In this document: positions 52,301 to 63,026 of the stretch, one piece after another
Numbering within the stretch: position 1 is the first letter of the stretch
Layout of the letters: the number at the start of each line of letters is the position of its first letter
Assembly: GCA_963662275.1 (NCBI GenBank)
Contig: OY759316.1
Location: 224,001 to 288,000, forward strand
Source of the DNA: Candidatus Cloacimonadales bacterium
Lineage (GTDB): Bacteria > Cloacimonadota > Cloacimonadia > Cloacimonadales > DAONDQ01
DNA: 64,000 nucleotides
Direction: 5' to 3'
The notes under the pieces: generated by a model
Databases searched by the model: none
Seen by the model: only the letters and a program-made list of their open reading frames with translations
What the model was told of the DNA's origin: nothing
Made by a program: the position numbers and the translations under genes

Positions 52301-55300
52301 ACCAGCCTTTATTATTAAGCGAAATGTCTGAGAAGAAATGCCATTTAAACATAACATTGTTACCAGCATAAGAACTTAGGTCAAAAGTTGCCGTACCTGT
52401 CACGGCTACACCTGTTGAAGCACTTGAATATGCAGGATGAATTGCCAAATTAGTGGAACTGTTCGGATAACCGCCAGTTGGGCTGATAAGCGTCCAGTTT
52501 GTACCTGCATCAGTGGAAATATATACAACACCTCCGTCATAATTCGCTTCTGTACAGAATAAGTGCCAGAAGGATAGTGTTGCTCCTGTTCCAATCGGGA
52601 TTACTGGGCTGAACAGTTCCCAAGTTGTATTATCTGGATAATTTGAAGTCAAATCTGTTCCCCATAAATGAGTCGTATTCTCTGTAATTTTCGATGTCAA
52701 ACCCCATGCCCATCCTGAGGTTGAAGAGAAAGAACCATTATTTGATTCAAAATCAGTTGTCATACCTGAAGTACCTATAGTCATCTGAATTACCTGGTTA
52801 ACAGTGGTCATACTGGTTCCAGTAATTGCCAAGTTAAATGATACCACAGTTCCATTTGTTATGGTACCTAAATTGACACGGAATGCTTTCTGGAGTTTTG
52901 TACTTGCAGCCGAAGTACCACATGCAAGCGATGTATCCAGCAAAGTAACATTTGGAGAGGTTGTGCTCATTGTCATATTGACATTGGAGACATCAATTGA
53001 GCTTGTGTTATTTGTGTTGACTACTAGTAAAATGGATTCATTCGAATTTGGAATCCCATTGTTATTACCACCTTGGTCATTAATGAAATAATTGTCATAA
53101 TACAAGCCAGGTTTCACAACATTGATACTGAATACCTTTTGAAATGTTCCTTCCGTACACGAGATATTTAATGTAACTAGTATAGAATAATTATTGGGGC
53201 AACCAGATGCAATATGAACCTGGAAATAGCTTAATCCCCAGGCTGATTGATCGGGATCTAGATTAGAATAACTTACAGTTGGCGTTGTGATAGAAATATA
53301 GGGATCAGTAGAAGACAGTGTTGCACTGATATTATGTCCTGCCTGCATTCCTATATTGCTAAGAGATATACCAATCTGGACATCTTCATTCGGTTCTATG
53401 ATGCTGTTGTTCCCATCCAGGAGAGTCTTATCAGAAGTAGTCAGGTATGCACTTGAATGGAATTCAGGAGCACTTGTGATCAATAATGCTTTGAGGTTTA
53501 CTAAAGAATCAGCAGTGCTAGGATAAGTTCTATTAAAGGAATATTGTATCCCATCAGTACCGGTATGGTCTTTGATACCAATTGTGGCATAACAGCCATG
53601 TGTTGGCGGATAGACAGTTGAACCTGCATCTACGTTATTAAAGACTTTGTATTGCAATTTGATATTACCTTCACCATTACTTGTCGGATAGTAAAAAGGA
53701 TCATAAAGTATAGCCTGGAAGGTCTCTTCAGAAGTCTGATTATATCCGTTCTTTGCCTGGTACCACTCCACAACCCAATAATGCAAACTACTATCATAAT
53801 ATTGGTAAACTCCACTGCCCGTAGGCAAACTCAAATCATCCCAGAAAGCTGCGATCATAGGGTTGGGACCTAATGCACCTGGTAATGTATAGTTTCTGAA
53901 TTCACCATCCGTGCTTGCTCCTAAGCTTATGAAACCGTTCGAACAGATGCTTGCTTCTGTATAATTCCTTCCATATAATCTGAATGTAAAAGGTAATATG
54001 ACAGTTGTAATTGAGTTAGAGCCAGTTTGATCACCTTCATCTGTTGTTAGCGGTACACCCACATCCGTAACTGGAACAAGGGTTCCAAGACCACCTTCGG
54101 GTGTAGCGATTTCTATCCAGGAATAGGTAGGGGCTACTGCATAACTGATATCACCAGTATCATATATTACATGACCGAAGGCATCAGGACCTGTAGGGTC
54201 GGCAATGTCAACGACACCGATATTTAAGGTAATAGGTTCAGTTTCAGAATATCCAAGGCTATTATAAAAATTTACGTTCATGGGGATGACCATACCAGGC
54301 ACTAAAATACTATTACCTGTTATTGTGAACGGGTTTGAAGTACAGGTAGCGGTCGAGCCATTGTTAACTGTACCAAAATAGGCAATGTCATCGCTTACAG
54401 TAACCAAGGAATTGAGCGGTATCAATTGTGCGTAAACTGTATTCGTGGGTATCTGTCCATTATTCTGGATTGTAAGGATCAAATTCGTTGTTTCACCCGG
54501 ATCAAGAACACCATTTCCACTATCCGAGATGTTGACATTCGTAATATCCATATCACCGCTTCTAGCCAACACCTGGAATGAGAAACTATATCTTCCAGTG
54601 CCAGAATCACTGCAATTCAGTTTGAAATTGAGCATCGTATTATCGGGTATGTTTTGTGCAATACTGAAGAGATACTTTGTTGCTCCATTTGCTATTGCTC
54701 CCGCAGCAATATTGCCGTATGATACGTTGGGTGTGAGTATCGTTACTCCCGTTGAAGTGGTGCTCAGTACTCCACTGATTAAATTCAGTTGAGAAGTAGT
54801 CGTATTTTTTACTGCTAACTGTAATTCGATAGTTTCACCTGCATTGGCAACTCCATTACTGTTTCCAACAGAAGGCGCAACATTATTATCATCAATGGAT
54901 TGACTGCTATAAACCAAACCACCTGCTGCTCCGATGGAGACAGTCTTGACATTTGGTTTGAAATTCTGTTTAGATACTGTCACCGTGAATGATCCAGTCA
55001 AGGTGGTTGGTATCATGGCAATATATTTACCATAGGAATCTGTTAGTCCGGTAACATGGACAGCACCACGTGTATAACAAGTGACGATCGCATTCGGAAC
55101 GGGATTTGCTGAGGCGTCGTTGACAGTGATTTCAACTTGATTTGAACCTGAAGGGACAGAAATCGATGCTCTAACACTAAGAGTATCTGGAATTCCTGTG
55201 AATACTTCTACTGTAGGATCACCTATCAAATTACAGATATTCATGAAAAATTCTGTAATATCAGGGTCCTGTGCATGATAGATTCGATGCAAGTATAATT

Positions 55301-56903
55301 TCCCATTTAGAAGTGCCTGCCCCATTGTATGCATATCATAGTTGTAAATCCCATCAAAAATTCCACCATCGAGACAGTTGTTCAGCATGGTATGCGTACT
55401 GGAAGTAGCCATGCCTATAGCAGTCACAGAGCCTTTGGGTGATGCTTCAAGACCAAGCCTGGTAAGAGATTCTGTTGTGGAAGTACTACCGTTGAAAGTA
55501 CCTGTTGCACAAGTAATGATAACAGCATGGGGTACTTTATTACCATTCAACATGGAACTTGAAGTTGGTGACCAACTGCTCATACCAATGTATCCCCTGT
55601 AATTAAAAAACCCTACCCCTGTTGTGAATCCTGTATCAATAGAACTTGGGAATGGAGCAGCATATGTTTCTAAAAAAGAATATGACGGGTTATGAATTGC
55701 AGCTATTTCCTTGATGAATTTATTTGTATAGATAGTAGAAATACCGGATGAACTGGTATCTCCAACAAGAAGTAGCCGATTTAGCCAGGAAGCTGATGCA
55801 ATATCTAAATCCCGCTCGTATAGAAAACCTTTTTTGGTCATATTTAAAAAATCATTAGTGCTGGAAATCGATATACGACCGATAAGCATATCGCCCAATA
55901 AGTCGCTTCCTGCTAAAAGTGTATATTGATAATCACAATCGTTGCTAGTTGACCATGCTGAAGTTGACCAAGTTGGTATCGTAAATGTACCGGTTGCGTC
56001 GCCGATGAGAATAAGGTAAGTGGGACGAACTGAAACACTGTCATACGCCGCTTGGATAATGGTTTTTACACTTGTATTTGTAGGCGTTGGAGAAGAAGGA
56101 AGCATACGGGATGAAACAAGATAACCTTTCTGTTTTTTCCAATCTATCAGGTTGTACAAACGTGTGAGGAATGTGGAATCCGTTGTGTAAGGATAAATCA
56201 TCAGGATTCTTTCCTGCGTATAAGCGGCTGTCACATCTCGAGTAGAACCGTAATTCAAAATTTGCGCACGATAAAGGGGTTCAAAACTTGGTGAAATTGA
56301 TATAGGCGCTTCCATCTCATTTACACCTCTAGTGGAGGTAAAATGAAAACGAACCTGGATTTTCTGATCAACGTTTAATGATTTTGTCCTCGCATCATAG
56401 GAAAATGGATTTATGGTAACGTTTACAATTCTGATTTCACGTAGAATTTCAGGATCTGAAGCTTGTATTTTCTGTTGTGGATAAAGACTGCCAGTTTCAT
56501 AATAGGAACGATTCATTCGAAAAGAACTTGGTGCTGCGGTACTTTCATCCTGTTGGGGATAAGGAATGAAATTCTGTAAACGATTGTTCTCAATGCCAAG
56601 AATTTCAGTTGTCACACTACCATGGTAAGGTATGGCGATATTGATTGAATAATTCGGTACATCCGGCATTCCAGGCTGCAATAGCTGACCTGAATCTTTT
56701 GTTACGATTTTCTTAAAATCAATGCCATCCACTGTTTTTGTTTCCAGTTGATATGATGGCAAAGTGAATTCAACATCAAGGAATTGCGATGATTGCTGAA
56801 TGACTTTAAAAGGTGTTGTTTGTGGAACAGATGTACTGTTCGTTGTGGCAGCCAGTAAAAGGCTGCAAGAAATTAGGATAAAAATGAGGATTAGATTTTT
56901 CAT
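49359..56903 (-). CDS. Giant C25 (gingipain-like) peptidase-family protein with FN3-like repeat array
   Basis: Signal peptide, propeptide (PGMPDVP), WKKQKG, LIGD, IGRIS, NYRGY, ITCATG, NLIGDP, Ig/MAM-like modules and 7 FN3-like units. Start 56903 follows GGAG. Confidence 0.85.
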   Translation of the reverse strand: MKNLILIFILISCSLLLAATTNSTSVPQTTPFKVIQQSSQFLDVEFTLPSYQLETKTVDGIDFKKIVTKDSGQLLQPGMPDVPNYSINIAIPYHGSVTTEILGIENNRLQNFIPYPQQDESTAAPSSFRMNRSYYETGSLYPQQKIQASDPEILREIRIVNVTINPFSYDARTKSLNVDQKIQVRFHFTSTRGVNEMEAPISISPSFEPLYRAQILNYGSTRDVTAAYTQERILMIYPYTTDSTFLTRLYNLIDWKKQKGYLVSSRMLPSSPTPTNTSVKTIIQAAYDSVSVRPTYLILIGDATGTFTIPTWSTSAWSTSNDCDYQYTLLAGSDLLGDMLIGRISISSTNDFLNMTKKGFLYERDLDIASASWLNRLLLVGDTSSSGISTIYTNKFIKEIAAIHNPSYSFLETYAAPFPSSIDTGFTTGVGFFNYRGYIGMSSWSPTSSSMLNGNKVPHAVIITCATGTFNGSTSTTESLTRLGLEASPKGSVTAIGMATSSTHTMLNNCLDGGIFDGIYNYDMHTMGQALLNGKLYLHRIYHAQDPDITEFFMNICNLIGDPTVEVFTGIPDTLSVRASISVPSGSNQVEITVNDASANPVPNAIVTCYTRGAVHVTGLTDSYGKYIAMIPTTLTGSFTVTVSKQNFKPNVKTVSIGAAGGLVYSSQSIDDNNVAPSVGNSNGVANAGETIELQLAVKNTTTSQLNLISGVLSTTSTGVTILTPNVSYGNIAAGAIANGATKYLFSIAQNIPDNTMLNFKLNCSDSGTGRYSFSFQVLARSGDMDITNVNISDSGNGVLDPGETTNLILTIQNNGQIPTNTVYAQLIPLNSLVTVSDDIAYFGTVNNGSTATCTSNPFTITGNSILVPGMVIPMNVNFYNSLGYSETEPITLNIGVVDIADPTGPDAFGHVIYDTGDISYAVAPTYSWIEIATPEGGLGTLVPVTDVGVPLTTDEGDQTGSNSITTVILPFTFRLYGRNYTEASICSNGFISLGASTDGEFRNYTLPGALGPNPMIAAFWDDLSLPTGSGVYQYYDSSLHYWVVEWYQAKNGYNQTSEETFQAILYDPFYYPTSNGEGNIKLQYKVFNNVDAGSTVYPPTHGCYATIGIKDHTGTDGIQYSFNRTYPSTADSLVNLKALLITSAPEFHSSAYLTTSDKTLLDGNNSIIEPNEDVQIGISLSNIGMQAGHNISATLSSTDPYISITTPTVSYSNLDPDQSAWGLSYFQVHIASGCPNNYSILVTLNISCTEGTFQKVFSINVVKPGLYYDNYFINDQGGNNNGIPNSNESILLVVNTNNTSSIDVSNVNMTMSTTSPNVTLLDTSLACGTSAASTKLQKAFRVNLGTITNGTVVSFNLAITGTSMTTVNQVIQMTIGTSGMTTDFESNNGSFSSTSGWAWGLTSKITENTTHLWGTDLTSNYPDNTTWELFSPVIPIGTGATLSFWHLFCTEANYDGGVVYISTDAGTNWTLISPTGGYPNSSTNLAIHPAYSSASTGVAVTGTATFDLSSYAGNNVMFKWHFFSDISLNNKGWFIDNVVISGVVTKTGKITGTITLSPTSPTITNTVVKASVYATHPASDGTYSIYLPNGTYSTIATLTNYTTPSTQSKTVSDVNPTQTANFTLELLVTPPTLSCTPAVGSIALNWSARDDRSLHFDHYNVWRKINADYYRKITEVAGTSYSDTPTINGSYSYQVTTVYTEGESSPSNTVTFNYPPPTPPNPVTLVSPANTATGITLLPTVSWTDNDRTGVKPLRSRSLTSTPNERSLSILINREPATDYYVYCDTNTDPTTLVGSPTASPYTFTTSLAYSTTYYWKVVAHNAYGTSTENSIRSFTTMADPTPPNPVTLVAPTAGATGQIILPQVSWTPAGTGTTPTVYYVYCDTNADPTTLVGSPTASPFTFTTPLAYSTTYKWKVVAHNANGNSTGNTVRSFTTMADPTPPNPVTLVAPTAGATGQIILPQVSWTPAGTGTTPTVYYVYCDTNTDPTTLVGSPTASPFTFTTPLAYSTTYKWKVVAHNANGNSTGNTVRSFTTMADPTPPNPVTLVAPTAGATGQIILPQVSWTPAGTGTTPTVYYVYCDTNTDPTTLVGSPTASPFTFTTPLAYSTTYKWKVVAHNANGNSTSNTVRSFSTMADPTPPNPVTLVAPTAGATGQIILPQVSWTPAGTGTTPTVYYVYCDTNTDPTTLVGSPTASPFTFTTPLAYSTTYKWKVVAHNANGNSTGNTVRSFTTMADPTPPNPVTLVAPTAGATGQIILPQVSWTPAGTGTTPTVYYVYCDTNTDPTTLVGSPTASPFTFTTPLAYSTTYKWKVVAHNANGNSTSNTVRSFTTMADPTPPNPVTLVSPSDSASTVISMPTLRWSPAAAGTPATVYYVYCDTNADPTTLVGSPTDSSFAFTSPLSYATTYYWKVVAHNVNGNSTSNSIRSFTTLPDQTQLQAPDNVTAIKTESGIEVSWDTVLGATTYNIYAVTDPTVTEWGSPIATIDATTTTWVDTSGLDYRFYHVTANNTSK
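49888..51374 (-). repeat. Intragenic tandem repeat, five near-identical 297-bp (99-aa) units flanked by two diverged units
   Basis: PPNPVTLVAPTAGATGQ...RSFTTMADPT recurs every 297 bp. Confidence 0.95.
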
Positions 56904-57369
56904 TAGACTCTCCATATCAACGCAGAATACTATTAAGATGAATATTTTTCATGCAATATATATTCTAATATCAATGAATTTGCAAAATCAGACGAGAGGT
57001 TGTAAAAAAACTGGATAGTGTTATGTGGGAATCGTAGAATAGATGGTTTGGAATATTTGTTTAATTATCAAGAAATATCCATATATATTCATAATAACAC
57101 CTGTTTTAATATCAACTGGATGATGCCCTTCAAAACTACCCAGAGATCATCGAGACTCTCTTGATTTTCGTTTATTATTTATGTTCACTTCCTGCTAATT
57201 TTCTATATTTTCCATTATGTTTGACACATAAAGCATATTTCCAAGTATCATCAATACGAAATTGTGTCATTATTTTGTGATACATTACTTGGAAATCTGA
57301 AGATGTTGTCTTGGATTTGTATTTTTCAATGAATCGGTATTTGGAATAGCTACAGTTTTTGGTAGTAAT

Positions 57370-57408
57370 AAAAGGGAACACAATCTAAAGATGGCGTTCC
57401 CTTTTTTA
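57370..57408. terminator. Intrinsic terminator (likely bidirectional)
   Basis: AAAAGGGAAC...GTTCCCTTTT stem after the stop at 57420. Confidence 0.7.
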
Positions 57409-57419
57409 TGTCATTTTAA

Positions 57420-60400
57420 CTAATTTTTTCTCACGGTTTGATCAATTTCCTTAGTTATTGCACTTCGTGATACATCTGCGGTAACACGATAGAAACGGCG
57501 ATCCAAGCCTGAAGTATCTGTCCATGAAGTTAGCGGAAAAGCAACTGTAGTAATAGGTGTTCCCAATTCTTCATTGCTAAGGTCATTAACAGCATAAATA
57601 CGGTAAATCGTAGCGGTAGCAACAGGACTCCAATTAATCTGAACGCCACTTACAGTTTTTACGACGTTGACATTCGTAGGTGTTGGCAATTGAACAGGTG
57701 GGGGGTATGTGAAAGTAACCGTATTACTGGGAGCGCTTTCACCTTCGGTATATTCAGTCGTTATCTGATATGAATATGTTCCATTGATTGTTGGCGTATC
57801 AGTATAATTTGTGGAAGTCACTTCTATAATTTTGCGATAACTATCAGCATTGATCTTTCTCCAGATATTATAATGAACGAAATGCACTAACCTGTCGTTA
57901 CGAGCTGACCAATTCAAGGGAATTGATCCAACAACGGGGTTGCACGTCAAAGTCGGAGGAGAAGCCAAGAATTCCAGGGTGAAATTGCCTGTCTGTGTTG
58001 GATTGGCATCAGACACAGTCAATGACTGTGTGGATGGTGATGAATAATAGGTGAGTGCTGCTGATGTTGTGTATGTTCCATTGGGAACATACAACGAATA
58101 TGTGCCATTGGAAGCAGGATGAGTCGCATAAGTACCAGCTTTTACATTGGTATTTGTTACATTGGGATTTGTAGGTGAAAGTGTGATTGTTCCCGTAACT
58201 TTACCTGTTTTGGAGACAACCCCGGAAACAACAACATTATCAATGAACCAGCCTTTGTTATTTCTTCCAATATCGGAAAAGAAATGCCATTTGAATATAA
58301 CTGTCTGGTTAGCATATGCACTTAGATCAAAGGTTGCTGTACCTGATGTACCAGTAGTTGGTGTTGGATATGCGCAGGAGTATGCAGGTCTAATTGCCAA
58401 ATGTGCGTTGTTATTTGGATATCCACCATTAGGGCTGATGATCGTCCAATTTGTTCCACTATCAGTGGAAATGTAAACAACACCACCATCGAAGTTTGCT
58501 TCAACGAGATAATAATGCCAGAAAGAAAGAATAGCGTTTGTACCGATAGTGATTGATGGACTGTAAAGATCAAAAGTTGCATTATCAGGGTAATTGGCAG
58601 TCAAATCAGTACACCAGACATGGGTAGTATTCTCTGTGATCTTTGAAGATACTCCCCATTGCCAACCAGGAGGTAATGTTGGTACTGCTGCAGTAAAATT
58701 ACCATTACTCGTTTCAAAGTCAGTATTGATACCCGTTGCACCAACAATCATGGTGATTATTTGGTTTACAGTTGAAATATTATCACCGGTGATACAAAGG
58801 TTAAAGGTAATGACAGTACCATTTGCAATTGTACCAAGATTGACACGGAATGTTTTCTGTAGTTTTGTACCTGCTGATGCAGTTCCACATGAAAGTGATG
58901 TATCCAGTAATGTGACATTGGGAGAAGTTGTGCTCATGGTCATATTCACATTGGAAACATCGACTAAACCTGTATTATTTGTATTTACTACGAGAAGAAT
59001 GGATTCATTAGTATTTGGAATGCCATTGTTATTACCATTCTGGTCATTGAGTAAAAAACTATCATAGACTAATCCCGGTTTCACTACCTCAATAGTAAAG
59101 TATTTTTGCCAGGTTCCCTCGGTGGATGTGATATTCATTGTAATTGGTATAGAATAACCGTTAGGACAATTGGAGGCAATATAAACCTGGTAATAACTTA
59201 ATCCCCAAGCTGTTTGGCTAGGATTAATATCTGGATAATTCGCATTTGAAGTTGTGAATGATATGTATGGGTCAGAAGAAGAAAGAGTGGCACTGACATT
59301 ATGTCCTGTCTGTAATCCATCATTGATGAGAGAAACACCGATTTGCACATTTTCATTCGGTTCAATGATGCCATTGTTTCCATCCTGTAATGTTTTTTCT
59401 GATATTGTCAGGTATGCATCTGTATGGCTTTCAGGAGCACCTGTTATCAATAATGCTTTTTCATTACCTAAAGCTGCTGCCGATGTAGGATATGTGTTAT
59501 TAAAAGTATATTGAATACCATCGATTCCGGTATGATCTTTGATGCCGATTGTAGTATAACAACCATGTGTTGGTGAAGAATTTCCGACATCGACGTTGTT
59601 GAAAACCTTGTATTGCAGTTTGATCATGCCATCCCCAGTACTGGTCGGATAGTAAATTGGATCATACAGAATTGCCTGGAAGGTTTCTTCAGAACTCTGG
59701 TTGTACCCATTCTTTGCCAGGTACCACTCGACTACCCAATAATGTAAACCGCTATTATAATACTGATATACTCCGCTTCCAGCAGGTAAACTTAAATCAT
59801 CCCAGAAAGCTGCAATCATGGGATTTGGACCTAATGCCCCAGGCAGTGTATAATTTCTGAATTCTCCATCCAAACTTGAACCCATACTTATGAATCCGTT
59901 CGAACAAATACTAGCTTGTGTATAATCTTTACCATATAATGTAAAAGTGAAAGGTAAAGAAACTGTGGTTATGCTCGTAATGACAGAATTAACGATTTGA
60001 TCACCTTCATCACTTGTTGTACCGACATCTGTTACCGCGACCTGTGTTCCTGGTCCACCGATAGGAGTAGCGATTTCGATCCATGAATATAGTGGAGCAT
60101 CAGGATAATTGGCATCTCCCATATCATAGATGAAATGTCCGAAAGCATCCGGACCGGTCGGGTCAGTAATGTGAACAACACCGATATTTAGCGTGATTGG
60201 TTCAGTTTCAGCATGACCTAGACTGTTATAGAAATACACGTTCATGGGAATTACCATCCCTGGTAACAACTGGGACATACCGGTTATTCTGAATGGGTCT
60301 GAACTGCATGTAGCTGTTGAACCATTATTCACAGTTCCAAAGTATGCAACAGAGTCACTGACTGTGACCATCGAACCTATCGGTCTTAATTTAGCATAAA

Positions 60401-62858
60401 CGGCAGTTGTAGGTATTTGTCCATTATTTTGGATAGTCAGGATTAGATTGCTTGTTTCGCCGGGATCAAGTACACCATTTCCGCTATCCGAAATGTTTAC
60501 ATTTGTAATATCCATATCTCCGCTTCTTGCTAACACATGGAAAGATATTGCAAATCTTCCTGTGCCTGAATCACTGCAATTCAATTTGAAATCAAGCATG
60601 GTATTATCTGGGATATAATGTGCAAGTCTGAATAAGTACTTTGTTACTCCATTGGCAACAGCACCTGCAGAAATATTACCATAAGAAACCCCGGATGTAT
60701 AGATTGTCACACCTGCTGATGTTGTACTTAGTACACCACTGATGGAATTCAACAGCGCTGAAGTTGTATTTTTTAAGCTAACCTGTAATTCGACAAATTC
60801 ACCGGTATTAGCGATTCCGTTTCCATTACCGTTGGAGGGCGCACTGGCATCATCATCAATCGTTTGACCATTATACACTAAACTACCGGCAGCAAGGATT
60901 GAAACAGTGCTAACAGTGGGTTTGAAATTCTGTTTGGAAACGGTCACGGTAAAGGAACCAGTCAAAGTTGAAGGAATTGTGACGATTAATCTACCATCCG
61001 AATCAGTCAATCCGGTTATATGCACTATTCCACGTGTATAACAAGTAACGATCGCATTTTTTACTGGATTTGCAGAGGCATCATTTACCACAATTTCTAT
61101 TTCATTTGTACCTGCAGGTATTGAATTAGGTATTCTGGCACTAAAGGTGTTTGGAATTCCGGTAAAAACTTCTATTGTTGGGTCTCCCATCAAATTACAG
61201 ATATGCTGAAAAGATTCAGACAACACCGGATCAGGAGTATAATAGATCCGATGCAGATACAATTTACCATTGAGAAGAGCTTGTCCCATTGTATGCATGT
61301 CATAGGTATAGATACCATCGAAAATACCACCATTAAGGCAGTTATTCAGCATGGTGTGTGTACCTATAGTTGACATCCCGATAGCGGTCACTGAACCTTT
61401 GGGTGTATCAGAAGTTCCAAGTCTGGTTAATTGTTCTGTATAGTCATCACCACTTGCATAATCGCCAGTTCCACAGGTAATAATCACCGCATGATTCAAC
61501 TTAATTCCATTTACTAGATTCGTAGCGGATGGAGACCATCCACTCATTCCAAGATAACCTCGGTAATTAAAAAATCCCACACCGGTATTGATACCGGAAT
61601 TAATAGAACTCGAAAATGGTGAAGTGTAATACTCCAAATATGAAAGAGCGGGGTTGTGAATCGTAGAGATTTCCTTAATAAATTTATTCGTATATATAGT
61701 TGAAGCACCTGAATTGCTCGGATCACCGACAAGAAGAAGTTTATTCAGCCAGGACGCTGTTGATATATCCAAATCTCTTTCATACAGGTAACCCTTTCCA
61801 GTAATTGTCTGAAAATCTGTTGTGTTTGAAATAGAAATGCGTCCGATGAGAACATCACCGAGTAAATCTCCACCTGCCAGTAAAGTGTATGGATAATCGC
61901 CTTCTCCATTGTAGTTGGACCAGGCATGCATCCATACTGGAATAGAGAAAGTACCAGAGGCATCACCGATAAGGATGACAAAAGTGGGACGAACCGAGAC
62001 GCTGTCGTATGCAGCCTGGATGATAGTTTTTACGCTGGTGTTGGTTGGTGATTCAGGAAGCATCCGTGAAGAAACTAAGTAACCTTTCTGCTTTTTCCAA
62101 TCGATAAGTTGATAAAGACGAGTCAGAAATGTTGAATCAGTTGTATAAGGGTAAATCATAAGTATTTTTTCTTGTGAATAGGGTAAAACTACATCTCGAT
62201 TATTACCATAATTCAGGATCTGGGCACGATAAATGGGTTCAAAACTTGGAGAGATTGAAGTGGGTATTTCCATTTCGTTCACACTCCTGGCAGAAGTAAA
62301 ATGAAAACGTACCTGAATTTTCTGGTCTACTGTTAGAGATTTCGTTCCAGCATTATAAGTAAAGGGATTGACGGTCACATTCACAATTCTCATTTCACGC
62401 AGAACCTCAGGCTCTGAAGTTAGTATCTTTTGCTGCGGATAAAGACCGCCTTTCTCATAGAAGGAATGATCCATGCGAAAAGTACCGGGAGTATCTTGAC
62501 TGATATCCTGTTGAGGAAAGGGATTGAAATTATGTAATTGATTATTTTCGATGCCAAGAATTTCTGTGGTCACAATACCATGATAAGGGATAGCAATGTT
62601 GACAGAATAATTCGGTACATCCGGCATTCCTGGTTTAAGTTGCTGACCGGCATTTTCTGTAACGATTTTTTGAAAATCGATACCCGAAACTTGTTCCGTT
62701 TTTAATTGATAGGATGGTAGAGTAAATTCTACATCTAAATATTGAGATGTCTGTTGTATAACTTTGAAAGGTGATGAAGAGACTGGTATACTGTTCTGTG
62801 AAAGAGCAAGTAACATGTTGCAAGAGACAAGAAAAAGAAGTAGGATTAGATTTTTCAT
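57420..62858 (-). CDS. C25 (gingipain-like) peptidase-family protein, paralog without the repeat array
   Basis: Colinear with 49359-56903; NYRGY, ITCGTG, NLMGDP; ends with RRFYRVTAD. Confidence 0.85.
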   Translation of the reverse strand: MKNLILLLFLVSCNMLLALSQNSIPVSSSPFKVIQQTSQYLDVEFTLPSYQLKTEQVSGIDFQKIVTENAGQQLKPGMPDVPNYSVNIAIPYHGIVTTEILGIENNQLHNFNPFPQQDISQDTPGTFRMDHSFYEKGGLYPQQKILTSEPEVLREMRIVNVTVNPFTYNAGTKSLTVDQKIQVRFHFTSARSVNEMEIPTSISPSFEPIYRAQILNYGNNRDVVLPYSQEKILMIYPYTTDSTFLTRLYQLIDWKKQKGYLVSSRMLPESPTNTSVKTIIQAAYDSVSVRPTFVILIGDASGTFSIPVWMHAWSNYNGEGDYPYTLLAGGDLLGDVLIGRISISNTTDFQTITGKGYLYERDLDISTASWLNKLLLVGDPSNSGASTIYTNKFIKEISTIHNPALSYLEYYTSPFSSSINSGINTGVGFFNYRGYLGMSGWSPSATNLVNGIKLNHAVIITCGTGDYASGDDYTEQLTRLGTSDTPKGSVTAIGMSTIGTHTMLNNCLNGGIFDGIYTYDMHTMGQALLNGKLYLHRIYYTPDPVLSESFQHICNLMGDPTIEVFTGIPNTFSARIPNSIPAGTNEIEIVVNDASANPVKNAIVTCYTRGIVHITGLTDSDGRLIVTIPSTLTGSFTVTVSKQNFKPTVSTVSILAAGSLVYNGQTIDDDASAPSNGNGNGIANTGEFVELQVSLKNTTSALLNSISGVLSTTSAGVTIYTSGVSYGNISAGAVANGVTKYLFRLAHYIPDNTMLDFKLNCSDSGTGRFAISFHVLARSGDMDITNVNISDSGNGVLDPGETSNLILTIQNNGQIPTTAVYAKLRPIGSMVTVSDSVAYFGTVNNGSTATCSSDPFRITGMSQLLPGMVIPMNVYFYNSLGHAETEPITLNIGVVHITDPTGPDAFGHFIYDMGDANYPDAPLYSWIEIATPIGGPGTQVAVTDVGTTSDEGDQIVNSVITSITTVSLPFTFTLYGKDYTQASICSNGFISMGSSLDGEFRNYTLPGALGPNPMIAAFWDDLSLPAGSGVYQYYNSGLHYWVVEWYLAKNGYNQSSEETFQAILYDPIYYPTSTGDGMIKLQYKVFNNVDVGNSSPTHGCYTTIGIKDHTGIDGIQYTFNNTYPTSAAALGNEKALLITGAPESHTDAYLTISEKTLQDGNNGIIEPNENVQIGVSLINDGLQTGHNVSATLSSSDPYISFTTSNANYPDINPSQTAWGLSYYQVYIASNCPNGYSIPITMNITSTEGTWQKYFTIEVVKPGLVYDSFLLNDQNGNNNGIPNTNESILLVVNTNNTGLVDVSNVNMTMSTTSPNVTLLDTSLSCGTASAGTKLQKTFRVNLGTIANGTVITFNLCITGDNISTVNQIITMIVGATGINTDFETSNGNFTAAVPTLPPGWQWGVSSKITENTTHVWCTDLTANYPDNATFDLYSPSITIGTNAILSFWHYYLVEANFDGGVVYISTDSGTNWTIISPNGGYPNNNAHLAIRPAYSCAYPTPTTGTSGTATFDLSAYANQTVIFKWHFFSDIGRNNKGWFIDNVVVSGVVSKTGKVTGTITLSPTNPNVTNTNVKAGTYATHPASNGTYSLYVPNGTYTTSAALTYYSSPSTQSLTVSDANPTQTGNFTLEFLASPPTLTCNPVVGSIPLNWSARNDRLVHFVHYNIWRKINADSYRKIIEVTSTNYTDTPTINGTYSYQITTEYTEGESAPSNTVTFTYPPPVQLPTPTNVNVVKTVSGVQINWSPVATATIYRIYAVNDLSNEELGTPITTVAFPLTSWTDTSGLDRRFYRVTADVSRSAITKEIDQTVRKN

Positions 62859-62980
62859 GTAATTCTCCATAAAGATACGTAATATAATTAATATGAACTA
62901 TTTAATATGCAAAATATGTTCTAAAACAAAGAGAGTTGTTGATAAAGCTTGAGTATTATAATAGAAATCAGAGGATGAAG

Positions 62981-63013
62981 GAAAGAAAAGGGCGGACATA
63001 TAGGTCCGCCCTT
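62981..63013 (-). terminator. REP-like hairpin acting as terminator
   Basis: Minus strand AAGGGCGGAC-ctatat-GTCCGCCCTTTTCTTTC, after the stop at 63027. Confidence 0.75.
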
Positions 63014-63026
63014 GCTGAAGAATATC

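Noticed and set aside
57175..57381. 68-aa intergenic ORF
   Set aside because: It has a non-ATG start inside a terminator, no RBS and no recognisable motif. It could be a gene remnant but this is unsupported.
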